Assembly (NCBI GenBank): GCA_018335295.1
Contig: JAGXKI010000001.1
Location: 79,512-143,511 of the forward strand
Direction of reading: 5' to 3'
Length of the DNA stretch: 64,000 bases
From: a bacterium
GTDB lineage: Bacteria > Acidobacteriota > Aminicenantia > Aminicenantales > Aminicenantaceae
Numbering within the stretch: position 1 is the first letter of the stretch; the number at the start of each line of letters is the position of its first letter. Under the pieces are notes generated by a model. The model ran no database searches, was not told the DNA's origin, and saw only the letters and a program-made list of their open reading frames with translations. The position numbers and the translations under genes were made by a program. Of this stretch, positions 38,912 to 49,426 are shown piece by piece.

Positions 38912-40213
38912 CTATTCATATTCTTCAATTATGCCCCCGGTAAGCCTCAATAAAGTATGATAACTCTGTATTACGTTAAAGACCGCTTGTTGATAATGAT
39001 AAGCAGCATTTTGATGTATCTGTTGCACATCTCTGAAATTAAAAGAATTGATGGTCCCGTTCTGGTACTTCTCTCTGGATATTTTTAGATTCAGTTCTGC
39101 TGCTTCCAGGTTTTCCTTAGCCACGTTGAGTAACTGTTTTCGAACGTTATACAATTCGTATTCCTGTGCCAGTTGATTTTTTAATTCTTGAATTATCTGC
39201 TCTTTTTCAATATCTGATATTTGTGTTTCGATTTTTGCGGCTTCCAGTGCCCGTTTACGTTCATTACCATTGTAGATGGTATATGAAAGCGATATACCCA
39301 CTGATGCATTATAACCATCAGGGTTTCGGTCGAACGCTTGACCTAATGTTCCATAATTTGTTTCGGATTCGGTATAGCCTCCGGATGCAGTTAAAGATAA
39401 ACTTGGATAGTATGCACTTTTCGCCGATTTTACATCCAATTTTGCCAGTTCCAGGTTAATATATTGATTTCGCAATGTTTTGTTATTTTCCAACATTTTA
39501 TCTTTGAGAACCGGGAGTTTAAAGTTTGCTGTATCCGGTTTGAAATCCGAAGTGAACCGGTAATTTTGTTCCATTGATTCGGCCATCAGATAATTTAATT
39601 CGCGAACGGCATTATTATAAGACGATTGGGCGGAGAGATATTCCGAGCTATCTTCCAAAAAGGCATTTTTGGCCTGCAGCACATCATAGGTTTTAGCGCT
39701 TCCCATTTCTTTGCGTTTTTGTGCCCGTTGATAGCGGTCTTTGGACAGTTCCATGCTTGAACGGGCGACTTCAACCCGTTCCTGAAGCAATAAAATATTG
39801 TAGTAACTGAGGATAACATTAAAAATAGTATTTTCAATAACCAGAGAAACATTGCCTTCGGAAAGTCTTTCCAGCTCTTCCAGCCGGTTTTTTTGAATGC
39901 GGACACTAAATCCCCTGAAAAGTGTCTGCTGCAGTTCAACTGTTGCATTGAGGTTTTCAGATGTATACCCATTTTCGCTATCGAATCCTTCGGAGTAACT
40001 TCCGGACCCGACAAAACGGATATGTGGTAAAGCTCCAGCGTTTCCCCAGGTGTTGTTAATTTCAGCTAACTCCTGATCTTTTTTGATTGTAATAATACCG
40101 TAGTTATTTTCCAAGGCTGTGTTCACGGCATCTTCCAGCGAAAGTTTCTGTGGTTCCTGTGCCAGCGCACCAATAGTGGTAACGGTCAACATTATTATAA
40201 GCATTTTCTTCAT
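38912..40213 (-). CDS. TolC family outer-membrane efflux protein
   Basis: LSLEDAV..ALENN, YYPSL, IYNG, Y..G.I. Confidence 0.9.
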   Translation of the reverse strand: MKKMLIIMLTVTTIGALAQEPQKLSLEDAVNTALENNYGIITIKKDQELAEINNTWGNAGALPHIRFVGSGSYSEGFDSENGYTSENLNATVELQQTLFRGFSVRIQKNRLEELERLSEGNVSLVIENTIFNVILSYYNILLLQERVEVARSSMELSKDRYQRAQKRKEMGSAKTYDVLQAKNAFLEDSSEYLSAQSSYNNAVRELNYLMAESMEQNYRFTSDFKPDTANFKLPVLKDKMLENNKTLRNQYINLELAKLDVKSAKSAYYPSLSLTASGGYTESETNYGTLGQAFDRNPDGYNASVGISLSYTIYNGNERKRALEAAKIETQISDIEKEQIIQELKNQLAQEYELYNVRKQLLNVAKENLEAAELNLKISREKYQNGTINSFNFRDVQQIHQNAAYHYQQAVFNVIQSYHTLLRLTGGIIEEYE

Positions 40214-40272
40214 TTTTCTTAGTCCTTTTATTTTATGATTCAGCTATGAAAAACATTCAGCCTGATTTTTAG

Positions 40273-43200
40273 TTATTTACCTGATTCTTCTCTTCTGATA
40301 TCTTCCTTCACTTGCTGGTCAATTTGATGGTTGATAACGGCCACTTCCACCGATTCCGGTGTGATATCCTTTTTCCCGAATAATCTTTTGGTTTTTACCA
40401 GCAATTGATTCGAAACCAATATTTGAATCGGCAAGGTAAGCAGGATGAAAAAGCCCCCAAACAGGATGCCGTAAGCTACAGAGATAGCCATTGGACTAAG
40501 AAAGCGGGCTTCCGGACTGCTTTCAAGGATTAGCGGCATGAGCCCGGCCGTAGTGGTTAATGTAGTCAGAAAAATGGGACGAAATCTAGATTTCGCAGCT
40601 TCCAGAGCAGACTGGAGTACCTTGTGTCCTTGCACCAATAATTGGTTGTATTTCGAAACAAAAATCACTGAATCGTTTATAATGACTCCGGTGAGCGCCA
40701 CCGCCCCCCAGACGCTAAACATACAAAGGGGCTCACCGTGGATGGAATGCCCCCAAATGACTCCCAGGATGCCAAGCGGAATGGACAATAAGATCATCAT
40801 GCCCTGCCGGAAGGATTTAAAGTAGATGATTACAATCAGGGCAATAATGAGTAATGCTATCCCGAAATATTTCACCATGCTTTGTATCTGCTCCTGGGTA
40901 TCCTTTTTTTGTCCCATGTGGGTATAGGTAATCCCGGAATATTTGTCCATAATACCGGGCAGTATGTTATTCTCCACCTCATTGATTATGGGTGTTACCG
41001 AAGCCCGCCGGTCTTTCATGTAGGCATCCACACGGATCACCCGCCTCCCGTTGTAGCCGTTTATCTTACTGAGGGACCTGCCCATGGACAAATTCGCCAC
41101 GGTTGAAAGGGGATAGTTCCCTTTCGGAGTATGTACCAGCATATTCTCTATCTGGCCGATGGTTTTCCTGTTTTTTTCCGGATACCGTACATAAAACCAA
41201 ATTTCATCCTTTCCGTCTTGTATTCGCTGCGCCAGGGCGCCGTAATAGGCGTCTCTGACCTGGCGCATTAATGAAGACTGAGTTAAGCCCAGGGTATGTG
41301 CTTTCGGCTTTAAGCTGATCCTGATCTCCTGGCTTCCTAGCTGACTGTTATCCGTTATATTATAAAGGGCATCCATCCCGGACAGAGCTTTTCTCAATTC
41401 TTTTTTCGCTTCTTCCAGGGTATTGAGATCATACCCCAGCAGTCCTATGGATACCGGAGCCCCAAACCGTTTGGAACGCCCACTGGAAGTACCCATTGCA
41501 AACTTATAGGCTTCAGGGATCTGCCCGATTTTTTTAGTCAGTGCGTTTTGGATGGTCTTATCCGTAACATTTGATCCCTCCGTAGAGTTTAAGAAAACCC
41601 GCATCACGCCGGCATGGGTCCCGGTTTCTACGTTATTAAAAGCATTACCCAAATTAATTTGCGTGGTTTTTACATAAGGTTTAACCCGGTCGTGCTTCTT
41701 CATCAGTTGCCGGTTGACTTCATAGAGTTTTTCCTCAACCCACAACAATTTTTCTTTGGTAAGTTCTTTGTTCGTGCCGGGTTTCAGCGCCAGGTCAATA
41801 TTGAACATTTCCATCGGCCTTGGCGGGAAAAAAGTAAACGGGATGTGGCCACCAATCCACAGTCCTCCGGTGATTATCATCAAACTTGTGATCACAGCCA
41901 GTACAAGTCCTTTTGCTTTTAGCATCCTTGATACACCAGGTAAATAAAGTGTATCTCTGAGAATATAAACAATCCGGTTTGAGATGCGTGTTAATCTATT
42001 GGCTTTTTTACTTTTTTTTAATACTGTAGGATTTCCAATATGAGCAGGTAGTACAAATATGCCTTCAACAAGGGAGAATATCAGACAGACAATAGCAACA
42101 AAGCCCATAGCATATAGCATTTCCAAAAATCCTTCGACGAAAAACAAAGGAAGAAAGGCTATTACAGTAGTCAGTATCGAGGTAAAAACAGGGGGAAGCA
42201 CCTCCATAGTTCCGTCAATCGCTGCTAAGCGGGGTGATTTTCCTTTGGTAAAGTGCGTGAAGATATTTTCCCCTATGACAATGCCGTCATCCACAAGGAT
42301 ACCGACTATGAGGATCATGCCTACCAGTGAAAGCCTATCTATCGTAATTCCATAAAATGAGCCTACAATGAACATTCCGAGAAAGGATGCAGGGATACCC
42401 CAGGCCACCCACAGGGAAAGCCTGAAATTCAACAGGAGCGTTAACAGTATAACTACCAGCACAATTCCCATTAACCCATTTTTTATGAATATCGAAAGCT
42501 GGGAATTGATATTTTCGGTATAGTCTTCCAAAACGGCAATTTGGAAATTTTCCCGCTCTTTATTGAACTTCCGGGTATAATGATTGACAAATTCTGAAAT
42601 TTCTTCAATGTCTTCTGTTTCGAGTTTCGTGATGTTTATGATAACAACGGGTTTTCCGTCCACAAAGCTTTCTTCGGGGTTTTCTTCATACTGCCTCTGA
42701 ACACTGGCTACATCCCCGATTCTTACCAAGCTTCCTTCGGCGTTGCTTTTTACCACAATTTTTGCAATATCACCGGGGTTCACAGAACGCTGACGACTGA
42801 CTACGTTAATCTGTTCCCGGGGATTACGAATGGTACCGCCGTGAATATCCAGGTTATTCGCTTTTATGGCTTGCTGAATCTCGGCGAAGCTTAAATTGTA
42901 ACGGCGAAGCTGGGTTTCATCGATGGTAACGGCAAGCTCCATCCGGTTTGAAGGCAGTCCTTCTAAAGCCACCTGGGAAATTTCACCCGATCCCAGCAGA
43001 TCATCTTCAATGCGGTTGGCCATCTCATTGAGCTTTAGCCTGTCACCATCTTCTGATGTCAATGCCAGGTACATAGCCCTATTACGCGAACGCACCTTGG
43101 AGACTATCGGTTTCTCTGCTTCTTCCGGGAAATTGGATATGCCGTCCACCTGGTTTTTGACATCAATAAGCAACTCATCAATATCATAACCGAAAGTTGA

Positions 43201-43485
43201 AATGATGGTAATTTGGGAAAGATTTTCCATGGATTGGGAAGTAAACTCTTTTATTCCCGGAACACCCCGGATGGCATTTTCAATCAGCGATGTTACTCCC
43301 TCATCCATCTGCTGGGGCGTTGCGCCCGGGTACTTTACGGTGATCCTCAATGTATTGGTTTCAACCATAGGGAAAGAGGATCTCTTCATGTTCATAAACG
43401 ATATGGTACCAAATACCAGTAGGATAATGACTACTATTTTTCCGTAAAAGGAGTATTCAACGAATAATTTCAGAATTCTTTTCAT
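40273..43485 (-). CDS. RND efflux permease
   Basis: YPGATP, GILVDDGIVIGENI, GVIINDS, RFRPIFLTTLTT.AGL.PL. Confidence 0.95.
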   Translation of the reverse strand: MKRILKLFVEYSFYGKIVVIILLVFGTISFMNMKRSSFPMVETNTLRITVKYPGATPQQMDEGVTSLIENAIRGVPGIKEFTSQSMENLSQITIISTFGYDIDELLIDVKNQVDGISNFPEEAEKPIVSKVRSRNRAMYLALTSEDGDRLKLNEMANRIEDDLLGSGEISQVALEGLPSNRMELAVTIDETQLRRYNLSFAEIQQAIKANNLDIHGGTIRNPREQINVVSRQRSVNPGDIAKIVVKSNAEGSLVRIGDVASVQRQYEENPEESFVDGKPVVIINITKLETEDIEEISEFVNHYTRKFNKERENFQIAVLEDYTENINSQLSIFIKNGLMGIVLVVILLTLLLNFRLSLWVAWGIPASFLGMFIVGSFYGITIDRLSLVGMILIVGILVDDGIVIGENIFTHFTKGKSPRLAAIDGTMEVLPPVFTSILTTVIAFLPLFFVEGFLEMLYAMGFVAIVCLIFSLVEGIFVLPAHIGNPTVLKKSKKANRLTRISNRIVYILRDTLYLPGVSRMLKAKGLVLAVITSLMIITGGLWIGGHIPFTFFPPRPMEMFNIDLALKPGTNKELTKEKLLWVEEKLYEVNRQLMKKHDRVKPYVKTTQINLGNAFNNVETGTHAGVMRVFLNSTEGSNVTDKTIQNALTKKIGQIPEAYKFAMGTSSGRSKRFGAPVSIGLLGYDLNTLEEAKKELRKALSGMDALYNITDNSQLGSQEIRISLKPKAHTLGLTQSSLMRQVRDAYYGALAQRIQDGKDEIWFYVRYPEKNRKTIGQIENMLVHTPKGNYPLSTVANLSMGRSLSKINGYNGRRVIRVDAYMKDRRASVTPIINEVENNILPGIMDKYSGITYTHMGQKKDTQEQIQSMVKYFGIALLIIALIVIIYFKSFRQGMMILLSIPLGILGVIWGHSIHGEPLCMFSVWGAVALTGVIINDSVIFVSKYNQLLVQGHKVLQSALEAAKSRFRPIFLTTLTTTAGLMPLILESSPEARFLSPMAISVAYGILFGGFFILLTLPIQILVSNQLLVKTKRLFGKKDITPESVEVAVINHQIDQQVKEDIRREESGK

Positions 43486-43509
43486 CTGTTTAGGATTTTA
43501 TATTTTTAC

Positions 43510-44634
43510 CTACTGTCTTATCCTGACCTCATCTCCTTCCTGCACATCAACCAAAGACTCCGTAACCACCAGCGTACCGTTATCCAGCCCGGATATCACC
43601 ACAGCATCATTTAATTCCCGTTCCACACTTATTTTTTTTAATTGTAAATGATGGTTTTTTACTATATATACCTTTTTTTCACTAACCAAAGCTTCCCTGG
43701 GTATAGTCATTCCCACGGCCTGTTTTTGAATATAAAAAGTTGCATCTACAAATTCACCGATCCTGAAAGACTGTTTACCCTGGGGTAGATATTTTACATA
43801 AATTTTTACCGATTGGGTATTTTCATCCAGAAAATCGGCAATCCGTGTAACTGTCCCGGTTGTCTTATGATCGTCCGAACCGGTTAAAGTCACTTTATTC
43901 CCCGGTTCAATCCATTTTGCATCTTTCGGGGGTACCGGAACCACCACTTCAAGCCGGTCGGTTCTTACGATGGATGCCAAATCGGCCCCCATGCCGGCTA
44001 CAGCACCTACCTGCCGTTTTACTTGCTGAAAAGAACCGTCAAAAGGCGCGTATATGTTGTATTTATTCAAATTGATCTCTTGCTTTTCCAATGAATAGTA
44101 CTCCGAGAGTATGCCTGCGGAAGCCATGAATACTTGTTCTTTTTCTGAATGGATTTCGGGTAGTTGGGGTAGTTCCTTGTGAACATCAATGGAAGTGAAA
44201 AATTGCTTCCATTTGTCGTATTCCTCAGGGAAATCCACTTGCAGATCGGGTAAAACCGAACTAAGCTTTTGCAGGAAACTGCTTTTGCCCGCCGTAAGAG
44301 CCGCTTTTATGTCTTCATTGTAAATACGTATCAGCAAATCACCTTTGTTAAAATGTTCTCCTTCTTTAAAAGGCACGTGTCCTTCCATAATCCGGCCATT
44401 CACTTCTGCAGCCAGGGATACGGTTTCATAGGAAAAAATCCTTCCCTGGTGTGTTACCGAGGAGACCACCTGTTCATTCATCACCTTTTTTGCTTTGACG
44501 TAAAGGGCATCCTCTTGCTTCATGCTTTTTTTAGGGGCAGGCTTGTTTTTTACGGCATAAGCAGCTAATAAGACTGCGCCAGCCAGCACAACAACTCCCG
44601 TGATTCCATACAGCGCTTTTTTCCTCATGTCCAT
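43510..44634 (-). CDS. RND efflux periplasmic adaptor
   Basis: N-terminal TM, AEVNGRI, IYAPFDG, IPR.AL. Confidence 0.88.
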   Translation of the reverse strand: MDMRKKALYGITGVVVLAGAVLLAAYAVKNKPAPKKSMKQEDALYVKAKKVMNEQVVSSVTHQGRIFSYETVSLAAEVNGRIMEGHVPFKEGEHFNKGDLLIRIYNEDIKAALTAGKSSFLQKLSSVLPDLQVDFPEEYDKWKQFFTSIDVHKELPQLPEIHSEKEQVFMASAGILSEYYSLEKQEINLNKYNIYAPFDGSFQQVKRQVGAVAGMGADLASIVRTDRLEVVVPVPPKDAKWIEPGNKVTLTGSDDHKTTGTVTRIADFLDENTQSVKIYVKYLPQGKQSFRIGEFVDATFYIQKQAVGMTIPREALVSEKKVYIVKNHHLQLKKISVERELNDAVVISGLDNGTLVVTESLVDVQEGDEVRIRQ

Positions 44635-44689
44635 TGATTTAGTTTAAAGGAGGTGCCCCTTTTTATAACATCCGGGAGGTCTCATACCC

Positions 44690-44878
44690 CTATTTCTCTT
44701 CATCCATCTCACGGATGGCTTCTTCCACATCTTCCAGTTGTTCCTTAAGGCATTTACGCTGGTGTTCCAGGATTTCCCTTCTCTTTTTCCTGCTCCACAA
44801 CAAAGGATGATGACCCGGCACTCCTGCACCATGGCAATGGTGAATGCCTTGTTTGGGATGACTTGAATGACAACACAT
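44690..44878 (-). CDS. Small Cys/His-rich protein with a C-terminal coiled coil
   Basis: RBS AAGGAG; MCCHSSH..HHCH..GHH then LE..L.EQL.DVEE.I; first gene of the RND operon. Confidence 0.65.
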   Translation of the reverse strand: MCCHSSHPKQGIHHCHGAGVPGHHPLLWSRKKRREILEHQRKCLKEQLEDVEEAIREMDEEK

Positions 44879-45332
44879 AATTGAACTCCTTATTTGATGA
44901 AACAATTTTTTTATAGTTAGAGCGCCAATTTATAAAAATTATTAAGTACATGCAAATATACTTAATTAATACCATGGAAGTAGTCTGGAGGTCAAGACCC
45001 GGTTGACCAAAGCCCCATCCTTTTACAACGGCGCGGCCGGTTTTTTCAATGCAGAGATGGAGGAGGAAGCCCTCTCTTTTCCCCGAAGCATTTTCAGATT
45101 GCTCGAATACTTCGGATACGGACTCTACGTTGGTAGAAAATATCAATAACAGGAATTTGCTTTTTTCCAGAACCGCCTCCCTCTTTTATCGCATAAATTA
45201 ATAAGGTCAATGAGATGTTATCTTAAGAAATGGTTAAATAGGTATTGAGTCTCTGGTTTTAATATGAGAATAAATGAATAAATACAGCGTTATTTAGAGT
45301 AAAGGAAAAGATAATATATTTAGAATGGGGTA

Positions 45333-45369
45333 TTGACATTAATATTAGAAATAGCAATACTACAAGTAT
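45333..45369 (+). promoter_or_regulatory. Probable leaderless promoter and operator of the TA operon
   Basis: TTGACA(45333)-17-AATACT, ATG 6 nt later with no RBS; palindrome ATACT-ACA-AGTAT. Confidence 0.5.
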
Positions 45370-45616
45370 GAAAACAGCTATTTCTATCCCAGATGACCTC
45401 TTTAAAGAGGTTGATAAACTCGCTAAAGAGAAAAAAACATCCAGAAGTCAGATTTTTAGTGAAGCTGTTAAGTTCTATTTAGAAAAAATCAAATCACAGA
45501 AACTCCTTCAAGAGTTAAATACAGCTTATGCACATAAAGAAACCTCTGAAGAAAAGCTTGTTCAAAAGAAGAGCACTGAATACTATAAAAGTCAAATTCT
45601 GAAAAAAGAAGAATGA
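45368..45616 (+). CDS. Ribbon-helix-helix antitoxin
   Basis: MKTAISIPDDLF...A.....SRS..F..A; ATGA overlap with the toxin. Confidence 0.88.
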   Translation: MKTAISIPDDLFKEVDKLAKEKKTSRSQIFSEAVKFYLEKIKSQKLLQELNTAYAHKETSEEKLVQKKSTEYYKSQILKKEE

Positions 45617-45975
45617 CCGTAAAACAAGGTGAAATCTATTGGGTCAATTTATCCATTCCCAGGGGGTCTGAACCTGGGTTTCGGCATCCTCATGTGGTGA
45701 TACAAAATGATGTCTTTAACGCCAGCCGCATCAGTACTGTGGTGGTCTGTTCTTTAACTACAAATCTGAAAAGAGCCCAAGCTCCTGGAAATGTAACACT
45801 CAACAAGGGTGAGGCCAATCTCAAAATGAAAAGTGTGGTCAATATCTCTCAAGTTTTGACTGTAAACAAGTCTGATTTATCAGAAAAAATCGGCACTTTA
45901 TCCTCTGGAAGAACAGAAGAAATCATCAATGGAATCAAATTATTGATCGAGCCTCTCCCTGATCCAAGGTCTTGA
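45613..45975 (+). CDS. mazF: PemK/MazF family endoribonuclease toxin
   Basis: GEIYWV.L..P.GSEPG..HP.VVIQND.FN, TTN, SVVN.SQ..TV.K. Confidence 0.88.
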   Translation: MTVKQGEIYWVNLSIPRGSEPGFRHPHVVIQNDVFNASRISTVVVCSLTTNLKRAQAPGNVTLNKGEANLKMKSVVNISQVLTVNKSDLSEKIGTLSSGRTEEIINGIKLLIEPLPDPRS

Positions 45976-46185
45976 TCATGAATGAACTTAAAAATCTGGA
46001 TAATTAGAACTGGTTAATAAGAAAACCTTACCCCATTTTGATGGCTCGTCTTATCTTATAAGAACTAATTATTTATTGATATAATAAAATAAATTTCATC
46101 TTCATCATTTTTGGAAGATTATGGTTTCATTTTCGTGTCAATTCACAGAAGGCTCTTTTTCCAATCTTTCAAAATGGAGGCTTTG

Positions 46186-46854
46186 ATGAATATACTGGGA
46201 GATATTTCATATAAAATTCTAATCTTATTCATTGTGGGGATGGCTCTGTTTTTTGTTTTAGGGTTTTCATTAAATCAAGAATTAGATGAAAAAGTTAGGT
46301 CTTTTCTGGAAAGTCACCGATCTCAATGGAGGGACATGAATGTGCCTCGAACCGACGGCCAGATTCTCTACGATATTGTTGTTGAGAACGGGTACACCAG
46401 AGCTTTAGAGATCGGAACCTCCACAGGACACTCAGGAACTTGGATCGCCTGGGCTCTCAGCAAGACCGGAGGCAAGCTCATCACCATTGAAATCGATGAG
46501 AGGCGCTACCAAAAAGCCCTGGATAATTTTAAGGAAGCCGGACTCTCAGATTATATTGATGCCAGGCTGGCTGACGCCCATGAGCTGGTCCCCGAAATGG
46601 AAGGTCCTTTTGATTTTGTGTTTATTGATGCGGATAAAGGATGGTACACTAATTACGCTAAGGCGGTTATCCCTAAGATGGAGCCTGGAGGATGCATTGC
46701 AGCCCATAACGTGTATCAATCCAGCCGAAGCCGATGGGGAAGACAGAGCGGCACCAGTGAGTATTATGAATTCATGCTGGAACAGGAAGACTTTGAGACA
46801 TCCATCCTTCCCGAAAGTCAATCGGGAGTTTCTGTAAGCTACAAAAAAGAATAA
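46186..46854 (+). CDS. O-methyltransferase (Methyltransf_3-like) with an N-terminal hydrophobic segment
   Basis: LEIGTSTGHS, TIEID, FDFVFIDADK, GG.I.AHN; GGAGG RBS. Confidence 0.85.
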   Translation: MNILGDISYKILILFIVGMALFFVLGFSLNQELDEKVRSFLESHRSQWRDMNVPRTDGQILYDIVVENGYTRALEIGTSTGHSGTWIAWALSKTGGKLITIEIDERRYQKALDNFKEAGLSDYIDARLADAHELVPEMEGPFDFVFIDADKGWYTNYAKAVIPKMEPGGCIAAHNVYQSSRSRWGRQSGTSEYYEFMLEQEDFETSILPESQSGVSVSYKKE

Positions 46855-46911
46855 AAAATGAGATCTACCTGTAAAACCATTTCTTTTGTGGTAGCATAAA
46901 TCCTTTTATCT

Positions 46912-47646
46912 ATGAAAAAAACTCCATTTCTACCCAATCAAAAAATAGATAGAAAGATGAGCCCTATCGGTTCACGAAAAAGATCTTTCCAGATAACCAA
47001 AGTAAAAAGATCCAAGGATGAGGCCAGGAAAACCTACAACCGGCTGGCAGGAATCTACGATGTGCTCTCAGGTCCAGGCGAACGGCGGTTAATAGTCAAA
47101 GGGCTCCGGATGCTTAATCCTGAGGCGGGTGAAGGCATATTGGAGATAGGATTTGGCACAGGCTACGCACTTGCAAGACTGGCGGAATCGGTCGGGACTG
47201 AAGGGAAAGTTCAGGGGATAGATATATCCGAACGGATGCTGGAGAGAAGCAGGAAGAGGCTTAAAAGTAAGGGGATGCTTGATAGAGCAAGCCTGGTCAG
47301 GGGCGATGCCTCGTCTCTTCCCTATGGAGCGGATTCATTGGACGCAGTATTTGCAAGTTTCACCCTTGAGCTTTTCGATACCTCTGAGATATTTACGGTT
47401 CTTCAAGAGTGCCGCAGAGTGCTCAAGCCGGAAGGCAGAATTGTGGTGGTCGGATTATCAAAGGAAGGCGGTCTAGGTTTGGTCAAGAGGCTGTATGAGA
47501 GGCTGCATCAAAGGTTCCCTGCCTGGCTTGACTGCAGGCCGATACGGGTGGCTAAGTTCCTGGAGCAGGCCGGATTTAGGATAGCGGTTCAGGACGTGGA
47601 TTCGCTGTGGGGGCTTGGCTTGGAGACCGTGCGGGCGTTCGTTTGA
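46912..47646 (+). CDS. Class I SAM-dependent methyltransferase (UbiE-like)
   Basis: LEIGFGTG, GIDIS..ML, GDA..LP, RVLKPEG. Confidence 0.88.
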   Translation: MKKTPFLPNQKIDRKMSPIGSRKRSFQITKVKRSKDEARKTYNRLAGIYDVLSGPGERRLIVKGLRMLNPEAGEGILEIGFGTGYALARLAESVGTEGKVQGIDISERMLERSRKRLKSKGMLDRASLVRGDASSLPYGADSLDAVFASFTLELFDTSEIFTVLQECRRVLKPEGRIVVVGLSKEGGLGLVKRLYERLHQRFPAWLDCRPIRVAKFLEQAGFRIAVQDVDSLWGLGLETVRAFV

Positions 47647-47663
47647 GGTGAATCTAATTGACC

Positions 47664-47713
47664 TGTTACGTCAATATCAAAAGTAGACGTTTTGCGAAAA
47701 ACAAAAGTAGACG
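47664..47713 (+). mobile_element. Isolated transposon end (IS21-like: TGT terminus plus repeated binding sites)
   Basis: TGTTACGTC... with CAAAAGTAGACG at 47678 and 47702 (24-bp period); no transposase follows. Confidence 0.45.
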
Positions 47714-47890
47714 AATTTTGGCACTTTTGGTTCCAACCACTCATGAATAATTCAGGTTAATAGGCCTTTTGCTATTTTAGAGATATGAATTTGTTTTTCT
47801 CTGGTAATATAAAAGACCTGTTAGAATGAGGAGGAAATTTGATAAAATTAATAAACAAACTAACCCACACAATAAAGGAGAGAAAATGTT

Positions 47891-48466
47891 ATGAAGAATC
47901 TACAAGGAACCCAAACTGAAAAAAATTTACTTGCTGCGTTTGCAGGAGAATCGCAGGCTAGGAACCGGTATGCATACTTTTCATCAGTTGCAAAAAAAGA
48001 AGGGTATGAGCAAATAGCTGGAATTTTTATGGAGACAGCGGAAAATGAAAAAGAACACGCTAAAGTATTTTTTAAGTATTTACAGGGGGGAACCGTAGAA
48101 ATTCAAGCGGAATATCCGGCCGGAGTTATCAGAGACACAGAAGAAAATCTACTTGCTGCAGCAGAGGGCGAGAAACTGGAATGGGGCTCTTTGTACCCCA
48201 ACTTTGCAGAAGTGGCGGAGAAAGAGGGATTCCCAGAAATAGCCCGAAGCTTCCAGAATATCGCGAAAGTTGAGTCTCACCACGAGAAGAGATACCGCAA
48301 GCTTCAAGAGAATATTAAGAAAAAAAAGGTATTCAAAAAAGATAAAGTAGTGAAATGGAAGTGCCGGAACTGTGGTTATATCCATGAGGGGAAAGAAGCT
48401 CCTAAAGAATGTCCTGCTTGTCATCACCCCCAGAGTTACTATGAGGTATTGACCGAGCCTTATTAA
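47891..48466 (+). CDS. rbr: Rubrerythrin
   Basis: NL.AAFAGESQARNRY, E.EHA, E..HE.RY, WKCRNCGY, CPAC.HP. Confidence 0.95.
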   Translation: MKNLQGTQTEKNLLAAFAGESQARNRYAYFSSVAKKEGYEQIAGIFMETAENEKEHAKVFFKYLQGGTVEIQAEYPAGVIRDTEENLLAAAEGEKLEWGSLYPNFAEVAEKEGFPEIARSFQNIAKVESHHEKRYRKLQENIKKKKVFKKDKVVKWKCRNCGYIHEGKEAPKECPACHHPQSYYEVLTEPY

Positions 48467-48598
48467 AGAGGCGAAATAGAAAGATAAGACAGAATATCAA
48501 AATAGAAATCTCAGGATTAATTTCATTTTACCTGTATGAGTGTAGGGAATTTTCCCTCAGAGATCAAAAACGTCTTGATGGAGGTGTATCACATCTAA

Positions 48599-49270
48599 TT
48601 AAAAAATGAGTCTTACACCACCAATTAAAGAAAAGATATTAATACTCCCAGGTTCAGCATCAGTGGGTCCTTCCTCTTTTCCAAAGCGATAATGATATTT
48701 ACCCTCAGCAAAAACATTAAACATGCCGCCTGCATTGATTTCTATTCCTGCCCCCCCATTAATTCCAAACTTATCATCCATTTCTTCCCCTTCTTGTGTT
48801 TCTGAATATGTTTGACCCAGATATTCCATTGTCATAGTGACATCATCTGAACTAAGTTGATACAAAGAAGCTCCGCCAATAACATAAAATCCAACTAAGG
48901 ATTCAGGTGAAGTCAGATAAGCGAGGATATTAGCAGAGAAAATATTAGCTTTAATATTTCCTCCCTCTATAGTTAGAGAAGCATCTGCAGGAATCGGAAG
49001 TTCAGCAAGAATTTCATCTTGGTCGAGTGGAAAAGGAAGGTGTTGAAATCTTGCTCCTACGCTAATTCTACTGGAAAGGTTATAGATAAATTCACCACCA
49101 AAACCAACACCTGAGTTCCAGTAATCTTTAAAAAATTCAGGGGCCATGGGCGTCCCTGTTCCTGCAAAACCTCCTAAAGACCATGAACCAGCCCTTCTTT
49201 GTGCAAAAGCCGTGGTTAAAGGAATCAGGGTAATAATTAAAAATGCAACAACTAATTTTTTTACTTTCAC
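48599..49270 (-). CDS. Outer-membrane beta-barrel (OmpA/OmpW-like) protein
   Basis: Signal peptide, alternating beta strands, FGINGGAG, terminal Phe. Confidence 0.8.
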   Translation of the reverse strand: MKVKKLVVAFLIITLIPLTTAFAQRRAGSWSLGGFAGTGTPMAPEFFKDYWNSGVGFGGEFIYNLSSRISVGARFQHLPFPLDQDEILAELPIPADASLTIEGGNIKANIFSANILAYLTSPESLVGFYVIGGASLYQLSSDDVTMTMEYLGQTYSETQEGEEMDDKFGINGGAGIEINAGGMFNVFAEGKYHYRFGKEEGPTDAEPGSINIFSLIGGVRLIF

Positions 49271-49426
49271 GTTTTTTTCTCCTTTGTTAAGTTATTTTTG
49301 ATTGTTTTATTTTGGCCCTATATATCCTCTATTTCAAAAATAGCAAATCATACTAACAGGAAATGTATTATAAATCAAACCATCACGAAAATACGAAAAT
49401 AGGCGAAAATCGAAAATAGAAAATCG

